Shown here: one piece after another, positions 10,621 to 18,723 of the stretch
Layout: the number at the start of each line of letters is the position of its first letter
How positions within the stretch are numbered: position 1 is the first letter of the stretch
Assembly: GCF_000007005.1 (NCBI RefSeq)
Contig: NC_002754.1
DNA length: 64,000 nt
Origin: Saccharolobus solfataricus P2
GTDB lineage: Archaea; Thermoproteota; Thermoprotei_A; Sulfolobales; Sulfolobaceae
Direction: 5' to 3' (one strand)
The notes under the pieces: model-generated
Databases searched by the model: none
The model's input: only the letters and a program-made list of their open reading frames with translations
What the model was told of the DNA's origin: nothing
Translations under genes and position numbers: made by a program

Positions 10621-11151
10621 ATGATGTTAAATTCCATAAAGACCTTAATGGAAGAACATACTGTTATTCTAAAAGCGTTAGAGATACTTAACGTTATAGA
10701 TATAAACGAGAATAATATGCAAGATATTAAAATCATTATAGATTTCATAAAGAATTTCGTGGATAATTGTCATCACGTTAAGGAAGAGAAAGTACTATTC
10801 GACTTTTTAGAACACAAAGGGATGGTAGGAGGCCCAATTTACGTCATGGTATATGAGCATAACAAGTTGAGGGATATAATAAATAGGATAGAGGCTAGAT
10901 ACAATGAATTTGAGGAATTGCGAGAGGATTTGAATAGCCTTATTGTGCTATTAGCTAGTCATATTGATAAGGAAAATAACGTCCTATTTCCAACAGCTGA
11001 AAGTTTGCTATCTGATGACGAGAACAAAGTAATTTACGAAAAATTTGAGAGAATAGAAGAAGAGTTCGGTAAAGAAAGACACGAGAGATATATAGAACTA
11101 ATTGACACACTTTACGGTAGATATATCAATAAAAAATCAAATGAAAGATAA
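10621..11151 (+). CDS. Hemerythrin (HHE cation-binding) protein
   Basis: EEH, HHVKEE, EH, HIDKENNVLFP. Confidence 0.9.
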   Translation: MMLNSIKTLMEEHTVILKALEILNVIDINENNMQDIKIIIDFIKNFVDNCHHVKEEKVLFDFLEHKGMVGGPIYVMVYEHNKLRDIINRIEARYNEFEELREDLNSLIVLLASHIDKENNVLFPTAESLLSDDENKVIYEKFERIEEEFGKERHERYIELIDTLYGRYINKKSNER

Positions 11152-11256
11152 AAGAATAAATTAGTTAACTAGTTTTTCTAGTTTTTAAATTAACTTTTTA
11201 ATTTGTGTGTCACACTAATCAGAAAAATTTTTTAAGCCGTATACTAAATAATACTT

Positions 11257-11935
11257 ATGGAAAGCAAAAAACTCCTATTAATAGGTGTGATAATTGCAGT
11301 TGTAGTTGCAAGTGTAGTAGGATATGCTTATTATTATAGTTACTATCTACCGGTACAAAGTTCCGTAACATACTACAACCAACAATTACAGTACATGGGA
11401 TATTATGCACAAGGAAATTTCGGAATGATGGGTGGAGGGATGATGGGAGGTGGAGGAGCGTATCACATGATGGGTTATTATGGTGGTTATGCTACACTGT
11501 ATGAGAATACTATAACAATAAGCGAAGCAATATCCATGATGAGAAATGTACCATCATATGTTAAGGTATTTCCTAATAACAATACTTTACTTTTCACTTC
11601 TTCAAATATAGTATTAGTAGTCTTAGGAATGGGTCATGAGAGGGCAACTAACTTAACTGGACAGCAACCGCCAGCCTATGCACAGCACGATGTCTTCGTA
11701 ATCTATGGTTTAATTAACCCAACACTCATAATTCCGAGAGGAGCTACAGTTCAAGTTGTATTCATTAATCTAGATGAGGATATGTTACATAATATTGCAA
11801 TCACACCAGTTCCGCCGCCTTACCCCTATTATCCGATGATGTACATTAGAATGAATACTGTAGGAATGACACCAATGTTACCATATGTAAACTACAATTC
11901 TGGACAAGCATACGAGTTCAGTTTTACGACCACGT
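11257..11935 (+). pseudogene. Rusticyanin-like cupredoxin, C-terminally truncated by IS
   Basis: NPTLIIPRGATVQVVFIN...HNIAIT..PPY resembles rusticyanin; the ORF stops at the IS border before the Cys-His-Met copper ligands. Confidence 0.75.
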
Positions 11936-13163
11936 GAGAGTGTCCGGAATGTAAAAAATTGAATTTTTATTGGCAAGAATAAATTGGTTTCTAGTATTAT
12001 CTTGGATTAAATTGGAGTAACACTTAAGTTATGGGAGTAGAGGGTAGTACCATGGCAAGAACATTAAGACACATACCAAACCTGATGTACTACCCTCTTC
12101 CCCCAATAGAGGATATGCCGTGGAGGGAAAAATGGTTAACGGAGATCAAGCCCGTGCTGGACACCATGGATTTGGAGAGGGTTCTGGGCGAGGGTGCGCT
12201 GGTTTACCTGAAGTTGTTAATCGTCATGGTGCTCTACTCTTGCTCCTATAGGGACGCGGTGAAAATGGTCAACGTGAACGTGGTCGTGGCCTGGTTCGTG
12301 GGGAGGAAGGTGGGGAAGAGCACGCTGCACGACTTCGTGGGCAGGTTGTACGGGGTGAGGAAGAAGTTGTTGGAGATTTCCTTCAAGCTTGAGGAGAAGT
12401 GCCTACCCAGTTACCTCCCTGCGAGCGCGCATCTCGTGGACTTCATGGCGTGGCTAGTGGACTCCTTCCTACTGGACTTACCTCCTGGGAAGAGGAGCGT
12501 GGAGACCTTTCGGGAGAAGGCGGAGCTGGAGAGGAGGGAAGGTAACTTGGAGAGGGCCAGGAAGCTGCTCTCCCTGGGGAGAACCAAGAGGAGGTTCGAG
12601 GGAAGGTGGACCAAGAAGAGAGGGGTCTCGCACTACGGGCTCAAGGCAGTGGCCGTGATCTCCGTCTCCCTCTTCGTGAGGTCCATCACGTTGAAGCCAG
12701 CCAACTTCTCGGACAAGAGGTTCAAGTCACCGCTCAAGGGGATTAAGATCGCGGACAGGGGATTCTCTCCCTCCCCGACACAGCTCATAGCGCGGGAGAA
12801 GCCCTTCACTACCCTGAGGGCCCACGTGGAGTTCTTCGGCACCTACCTGAACGCGTTCTGGAGGCCCTACGGGACTACGACTTGGAGGAACGACGTCTTC
12901 CTTCACGTCCTGGGAGTGATCTACAACATCAAGATATTCCTCGCGATCCAACGGAGGACTCCTCCAGAACGTAGAGCCGTTCAGCTCTGAGACGCACCTC
13001 CTCGCGATCAGACAACGCTATGCGCGATAGGTAAATCCTCTCGTCTTGATATTTTTCCATTATAAAGTTTTTCTCGGTGATCCAGGTCCTATCCTTCTGG
13101 CAATATTAATATTTATCATTCTGTTTATCTATTCGTTCAGATAATTACATTCCGGACACTCTC
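11936..13163 (+). mobile_element. IS5-family element (ISC1234-like), 1228 bp, copy 1
   Basis: Perfect 19-bp TIR GAGAGTGTCCGGAATGTAA; flanks ACGT and AGGT are not a duplication. Confidence 0.9.
12031..12990 (+). CDS. DDE transposase
   Basis: 319 aa, GC-rich; VDSFLLD, ADRGF; near-identical to 24489-25448. Confidence 0.88.
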   Translation: MGVEGSTMARTLRHIPNLMYYPLPPIEDMPWREKWLTEIKPVLDTMDLERVLGEGALVYLKLLIVMVLYSCSYRDAVKMVNVNVVVAWFVGRKVGKSTLHDFVGRLYGVRKKLLEISFKLEEKCLPSYLPASAHLVDFMAWLVDSFLLDLPPGKRSVETFREKAELERREGNLERARKLLSLGRTKRRFEGRWTKKRGVSHYGLKAVAVISVSLFVRSITLKPANFSDKRFKSPLKGIKIADRGFSPSPTQLIAREKPFTTLRAHVEFFGTYLNAFWRPYGTTTWRNDVFLHVLGVIYNIKIFLAIQRRTPPERRAVQL

Positions 13164-13514
13164 AGGTGTGCACATGAATTGGCTAGTGTATAGGAATGTT
13201 ATTACCTTTCCGTTGTAAAATGCCCCACTTGCATTTACTGTAACTGGTCTAGTTATCACTTGAGTGGATGTTACAGTTTGTGTAGATGTCTGAGTAACAG
13301 TGGCTGTCTGTGTCGATGTCATAGTTTGTGTAGAAGTTTGAGTATACGTCAATGTAGTGGTAGATGGTGGTGTTGTTACAGTGGACGGTGCAGTGGATGG
13401 CTTTGTAGCGTATAATGCGAAGCCTACGGCTGCTATTATTACCAATACTATTACTACTCCCGCAAAAACCGCATTAGATACAGCTCTTGGTTCTTTTTTC
13501 ATTTCTTGAATCAC
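13164..13514 (-). pseudogene. Membrane-anchored Thr-rich surface protein, C-terminally truncated by IS
   Basis: N-terminal TM, STTT/TQT linker, then GAFYNGKVITFLYTSQFMCTP running into the IS TIR. Confidence 0.7.
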
Positions 13515-13601
13515 TAATACACTACTAAATTACAGAAATTTAACTATGCGTTTGAAAGTTTCTAACGCAAACTAATATTCAATTTTTAATTCTACTATTC
13601 T

Positions 13602-14417
13602 ATGAGAAGGCAAACCTCAAGATACCTCTTGATTACTATAGTAATAATAGCAATTATTGTAATAGCGGGTAGTGCATTATCACAGCTTAGGAGTACTAGT
13701 TCACCCTTAATAGATAAACCAATAGCGGGTGATGTATATAATCAGTTAGTGGAAATAAGTAATCAAGGTTATAATATAACTGCATTACCTACAAATGACT
13801 TTAAAGTATTGCCACTTAACTTTTCATCTAATGGTAAACCTGCTATAATATATGTTGGTGCAGAGTGGTGCCCCTATTGTGGAGCTGAGAGATGGGCTCT
13901 AATCATAGCTCTTCTTAGATTTGGCAATTTCTCGAACTTGGAGTACATGGTTTCAAGTCCCACTGATGTATATCCCAATACTCCTACCTTCACTTTCGCT
14001 AACTCCACATATAATAGTCCCTATATATCATTCTATGGGATTGAATATCAAGATAGGAATTATCAACCGTTAGACAAAGTGCCGACTCCAATATATAACA
14101 TGTGGGAGAATTATGGAAATCTATCTATTCCCTTCTTGATAATAGGATACTATTATAAAGTAGGAACAAGTATAGATCCGGGCCTATTATCTGGACACAA
14201 CTGGACATATGTCTTAGATCAACTTCACAACCCAAATAGCCTAGTTTATAAAGAAATTTACTCCGAGGCGAATTTAATAACTCAAATGATTTGTAAAGTG
14301 GATGGATATAAGCCTTACAACGTATGCTCTCACTTTATGCAAGCTAGTGTTAATAGTGATAGCAGTCTATTTTATGTGAGTACAAGTCTAAGGATCAACA
14401 GTGGTGATGATTTATGA
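13602..14417 (+). CDS. DUF929-type membrane-anchored thioredoxin-fold protein
   Basis: N-terminal TM; [13 protein letters not shown] (CxxC); SIPF cis-Pro-like motif. Confidence 0.8.
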   Translation: MRRQTSRYLLITIVIIAIIVIAGSALSQLRSTSSPLIDKPIAGDVYNQLVEISNQGYNITALPTNDFKVLPLNFSSNGKPAIIYVGAEWCPYCGAERWALIIALLRFGNFSNLEYMVSSPTDVYPNTPTFTFANSTYNSPYISFYGIEYQDRNYQPLDKVPTPIYNMWENYGNLSIPFLIIGYYYKVGTSIDPGLLSGHNWTYVLDQLHNPNSLVYKEIYSEANLITQMICKVDGYKPYNVCSHFMQASVNSDSSLFYVSTSLRINSGDDL

Positions 14418-14794
14418 TTAAAAAGATTGGTATAGGTTTTTCTTTAATTGGGTTGATAGATTCATTATACTTATTTATATTAACTAGGTTGGAAAAACCA
14501 TTAATGTACTGTAATATATCAAGCTTAGTTAATTGTAGCAAAGTAGAATTTAGCCAATTCTCTACCTTTCTAGGAATACCTGATGCTCTCTTGGGAACAA
14601 TCTTCTTCTCAATTATGCTGATTTTGTGGATATTAATGTTTACGGAGGAACTAAAATATTTATGGATTGTAGGCAGCGTCTTTACGATCTATCTAATTTA
14701 TACTGAAATTTTAATAGGGAACATATGCCTATATTGTACGATAGCTCACTTATCTTGCCTAATCCAAGGATTCATAATATTCCACAGATCATAG
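14414..14794 (+). CDS. Vitamin K epoxide reductase (VKOR) family protein
   Basis: C-x7-C loop (CNISSLVNC), SQFS, CLYC in TM; overlaps the upstream stop (ATGA). Confidence 0.9.
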   Translation: MIKKIGIGFSLIGLIDSLYLFILTRLEKPLMYCNISSLVNCSKVEFSQFSTFLGIPDALLGTIFFSIMLILWILMFTEELKYLWIVGSVFTIYLIYTEILIGNICLYCTIAHLSCLIQGFIIFHRS

Positions 14795-14967
14795 TACAAA
14801 TTATGGAAATTTAAGGGATTAACAAACCTGATAGTCCATAATGCGTAATCTGCTAGCCTTTTACGCTTCATCTGATACCGTGAGTAGAATTGATGTTTAT
14901 TAAATAAATAAATAAAAAAAAGAATTTATCTTTTATCAATAAAGATGCACGCTGTTTTATAATGAAA

Positions 14968-15495
14968 TCATATGCTAAGTGAACTTATATTCTTAGACAA
15001 GTACTTATCAACAAACACTTGTGGAGTTACCATTTTCTGTAATTCTTTTATGACTGCACTTGGTAATAGTCTACCAAGAATTCCTATATTAACCATCATT
15101 GAAGATAAAATAACCAATTGAGAGTTTTCCTCGTTTATTTTCCTTACTTTAAATCCGAAATTATATATTAGTTTATCTGAAGTAAATTTGTATTCAATAA
15201 GGTCGATGTTCAATTTCGGACCTTCTAGCTTTCCCACAATACTTCGCTTTAAAACTAGTCCCGTTTTATCTTTACTTAATGGTAAATATACTATAGCCTT
15301 ATCTTGAATTGGGACAATTACATTCGATATTCCGAATAACAATTTCGGATTTCTCAAGATATTATACAAGACATCATTTCTTATTCTCAAGTTTAGGCTG
15401 TCTGAGTGATTAATCCTGTGCCAATACTTGCTTCTTATATGTTTTTTAAAATCTCTTTCTGTTTCAAATGTCGTCTCGCAGCACCTATATGCCAT
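14968..15495 (-). CDS. Hypothetical protein: N-terminal zinc-finger-like segment plus possible SRPBCC-like domain
   Basis: CCETTF...KKH-x6-H; the remainder has an alpha/beta pattern ending in a long helix. Fold call is inference. Confidence 0.55.
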   Translation of the reverse strand: MAYRCCETTFETERDFKKHIRSKYWHRINHSDSLNLRIRNDVLYNILRNPKLLFGISNVIVPIQDKAIVYLPLSKDKTGLVLKRSIVGKLEGPKLNIDLIEYKFTSDKLIYNFGFKVRKINEENSQLVILSSMMVNIGILGRLLPSAVIKELQKMVTPQVFVDKYLSKNISSLSI

Positions 15496-15572
15496 GTGCT
15501 TTTCTATAAAAATCTTACTTTAATTTTTGTGTTAGGAACTTTTTAATGCCTTATTAAGACTAAAATTACATA

Positions 15573-16343
15573 TTACTGAAACATGTAATCATATATAATC
15601 ATTACATCTGCTGTATTATCTATCTGCCTAGCTAGATCTATATATTTCCTGGCTCTCTCCATATTATCTGCATAACATACTGTTATTCCGGCATAGCCGT
15701 CAGTGAATTGCCATAATTTACATTCCTGCAATACCACTGATATCTCGTCTATGTTTTTAGAGAAAATTGAGAATATTATGATGTCGGTTTTACCTAAATC
15801 TATCTGTGGGGCTACTAGAATTAAACCCCTGTGCCTTAAATACCTTATGTGCTTTTCAATGATTCTAGAATTAACGTTGATTTTCTTGGAAATCTCAGAG
15901 GAAGATAATCTAGGATCTATCTTTAGTATTTCAACTATTTTTTGATCTAAATTAGATGCCCTAAATAGAGACTGCACAGGGAAGTAGGACAATACTGGGT
16001 CTCCTAAATTTTTGGTCATGTAACTAATTTTGTCCTTCAATTCAGTGTTATCTGAAGCGTATATTCCGTAAACGTTTAGCCATTCAAGACATTTCAGTTT
16101 GAACGATATCCAATCCGCATCTATATCGCTATAGTTTTTAAAAGCTATGAAAATTTGATATTTCCCAAAGAAATTGGGATTGACGTAAAGTTTAAAACCC
16201 TTTAGAATCCCACTATCCGTAAGTTTCTTAAATCTATAATTTAGACTAGCTGGCGTTAGATTTAACAGCGAGGCGATTCTCCTTTGCGATATTCTTCCGT
16301 CTTTTAAGAGGTAAAAGAGGATTCTCTTATCAATAATGTCCAT
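15573..16343 (-). CDS. Lrp/AsnC-family regulator with two HTH modules
   Basis: MDIIDKRILFYLLKDGRISQRRIASLL and LDQKIVEILKIDPRLSSSEISKKI. Confidence 0.85.
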   Translation of the reverse strand: MDIIDKRILFYLLKDGRISQRRIASLLNLTPASLNYRFKKLTDSGILKGFKLYVNPNFFGKYQIFIAFKNYSDIDADWISFKLKCLEWLNVYGIYASDNTELKDKISYMTKNLGDPVLSYFPVQSLFRASNLDQKIVEILKIDPRLSSSEISKKINVNSRIIEKHIRYLRHRGLILVAPQIDLGKTDIIIFSIFSKNIDEISVVLQECKLWQFTDGYAGITVCYADNMERARKYIDLARQIDNTADVMIIYDYMFQ

Positions 16344-16350
16344 GCCTTTT

Positions 16351-16563
16351 TCACACTTTCTTTATGTTTTGTTTTATCTTATTTTTTATATCATCTGAAA
16401 TTTCTGTCATGTTATGAACATCCTTAGCGTGGATCTTTAAAATTTCTAGTACTTCCTCTTCCGAGCTCGCGCCTTTTACTTCAAAGCCACAATCCATACC
16501 AACACTTCCACAACTGAAGGCAAACTTTTTCTTCCTCCCTATACCAAATACCATTTTTATCAT
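16351..16563 (-). CDS. DUF1059 small metal-binding protein
   Basis: FSCGSVGMDCGF...EEEVL...HAKDVH. Confidence 0.85.
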   Translation of the reverse strand: MIKMVFGIGRKKKFAFSCGSVGMDCGFEVKGASSEEEVLEILKIHAKDVHNMTEISDDIKNKIKQNIKKV

Positions 16564-16647
16564 TATATAATAGGTAGAATTAGTATATAACAGTTAATTA
16601 GAAGAATTCTTACGCTTTTTTATATACTTAAACTGAAATAATAACAT

Positions 16648-17007
16648 ATGCCAAAATATACATTCAAATGTGAAGATGTAGGGATGGATTGCGGTTTTGA
16701 AATAAAAAATGCTGGGACTGAGGACGAGCTATTAGAAATGCTTAAGATTCACGCTAAATCTAGTCATGGAGTTACATCTATTCCACCAGATCTATTAAAC
16801 AAGATAAAACAAAACATAAAAAAGGTAGGGAAGTACTATTTCAGTTGTGCTAGCGTAGGAATGAACTGTGGATTTGAAATCATGGGAGCCCAATCTGAGC
16901 AAGAACTATTAGATGAATTAGCGGTACACGCTAAGATGTCACACGGCATGTCATCTATTCCACAAGACACGTTAAACAAGATAAAACAAAACATAAAAGT
17001 AATGTAA
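16648..17007 (+). CDS. Tandem double-DUF1059 protein
   Basis: Two ~59-aa repeats, each F-x-C-xx-VGM-x-CGF...HAK-xx-HG...LNKIKQNIK. Confidence 0.88.
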   Translation: MPKYTFKCEDVGMDCGFEIKNAGTEDELLEMLKIHAKSSHGVTSIPPDLLNKIKQNIKKVGKYYFSCASVGMNCGFEIMGAQSEQELLDELAVHAKMSHGMSSIPQDTLNKIKQNIKVM

Positions 17008-17203
17008 AGGTAATTTTTCCCCTTTTATTTTTCCCCTTCACTTTAGATTTCTCCTTAAAAGCTTTCATAATTATAGGAGGCGCATCTACTCCTTAGTAGA
17101 CTAATTCTGACCTCTTCCCCACACCAAGAGGTTCCTTTAGGATTGTTCACGGGTTTGCAGTTTTACCGTCTTTATAACTTCACAGCTAGTAGGATTAGCC
17201 TAT

Positions 17204-17303
17204 CCTTAACCCTCTATATTTTCATTTCAATAACTTCATGTATATAAGTGTATGTAGGGAATTAGCACTCAATAACCTTATAGGTGGCTCATAATGGTCC
17301 TTT
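17204..17303 (-). mobile_element. Relic right end of an ISC1913-like IS607 element (omega-RNA region only)
   Basis: Reverse complement AAAGGACCATTATGAGCCACCTATAAGGTTATTGAGTGCTAATTCCCTACA...TTGAAATGAAAATATAGAGGGTTAAGG aligns with 62421-62524. Confidence 0.7.
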
Positions 17304-17384
17304 ATATCCATATAAATATTTGAGAACCCATTAGAAATTCTACTACGCTACGAACATTTTAATTTATTAATTTATTACTTCTAA

Positions 17385-18494
17385 ATGTTACTTATGAAAG
17401 TGATAACTCTTTTTCTATTTCTCTTTATAATTTTAATTCCTATTGTCAACGCTGGATATGACTATGGGTATGAGTTTGGATATGTTAATATGAATGGGAT
17501 ACAAGCTATAGTCACCCTTTACAATATCTCTCTTCAACCAGGATCTCCTCCTATTTCAATTCAACAAAACGTATGTCTTAATTTAAATGGTAGCGAAATT
17601 TTAGTTCAAAACGTTATTATTCCATTAATTTTAACTGCAACTAATCAATATGAGATCAATTGGGTTAATAGTGTTTTCTATAATGGTTCGTATCACACTT
17701 TCTCCTATAGTTTTGTGGTCGGTAATACTTTCAATTTAACGACAGTATGGGTAAATAGTAGCGATAAGCTTGTAATTACATTTTATCTTTCAAACTGCAG
17801 TACAAGTTTGAATAGGACTTATGTTTTATACGGGAATTATATAGGAGTAGTGTATTCTGGATATGACGCAGGGACTGTAATCGTAGGGTTTAGGAATGGT
17901 GCTACAGCTGATTTTGTAAAAGGCTTTAACGTATCTATACAAGAGTTTTACAGATACGATAATAGTTGGTACGTTCCACCGGTAGCGTATAGCGGGTATT
18001 CAAATACTGGTGAGAGCGCTACAAATGGTTACGCATATTTTTACGACGGGAAGGTTTGGGTGATCTATGGTAATGCCAGTACCCAAATGTTATATAATTT
18101 TAGCGTGATAATTGTTAACAACACAATTTTCACTTTTCCTAAGGGTAGTTTATGGTTATCAGATGGAAATTTCTTCACCGACTCTATACCTCTCAAGGGA
18201 AACTTAATTATTAGTCCATTTTATTACTTTAATTATTCATTTAGCACTAAAAAACAAATATTATTGAAATTCAACAATTACACTGTAGTGGATGGAATAA
18301 AGGGAAAGGCGTTTTATCTCCCATCCTCTGAGAACGTGTATATAAGGGAGAACGGTAAGTGCGTAATGGAGTTCATTAATCAAAGTAACGTAAACCAAAG
18401 AGAAGGAGCAAATCCAATGAAATTGTTATTTGTAATTGTTGTAATAATAGCTGGTATCTTAAGCCTATTGTATTACAAAATGATAAGAAAATGA
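17385..18494 (+). CDS. Diverged thermopsin-like (peptidase A5) surface glycoprotein
   Basis: Signal peptide, SIQQNV...VQNV similar to thermopsin SLQLNV...LQNV, many N-x-S/T sites, C-terminal TM. Confidence 0.6.
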   Translation: MLLMKVITLFLFLFIILIPIVNAGYDYGYEFGYVNMNGIQAIVTLYNISLQPGSPPISIQQNVCLNLNGSEILVQNVIIPLILTATNQYEINWVNSVFYNGSYHTFSYSFVVGNTFNLTTVWVNSSDKLVITFYLSNCSTSLNRTYVLYGNYIGVVYSGYDAGTVIVGFRNGATADFVKGFNVSIQEFYRYDNSWYVPPVAYSGYSNTGESATNGYAYFYDGKVWVIYGNASTQMLYNFSVIIVNNTIFTFPKGSLWLSDGNFFTDSIPLKGNLIISPFYYFNYSFSTKKQILLKFNNYTVVDGIKGKAFYLPSSENVYIRENGKCVMEFINQSNVNQREGANPMKLLFVIVVIIAGILSLLYYKMIRK

Positions 18495-18723
18495 AAGTTT
18501 GTGATTATTCTATATATTTAATCAACTCTCAGCCTAATTAGAGGTAAAGGGTTATCCACCTTATGGATACCTTGTAACGATAATATTAAATATTGAGGAG
18601 CTGTCAGACGCATTGCGAAGTTTAGCTGAGTACTTACGCTCCATAATGAATTAACAGAATAAGGTTATAGAAGCGGAATGATAAATGGCTAACTTTATCA
18701 CCTCAATACATTAAATCTATATT

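Noticed and set aside
13230-13400. Short periodic repeats (GTTTGTGTAGA...)
   Set aside because: Codons of a Thr/Gln linker, not an array.
16648-17007. Direct DNA repeats TTAAACAAGATAAAACAAAACATAAAA
   Set aside because: Explained by the tandem DUF1059 domain duplication; not CRISPR-like.
18540-18660. Frame YPPYGYLVTIILNIEELSDALRSLAEYLRSIMN*
   Set aside because: No start codon and too short to assign; possibly an eroded gene tail.
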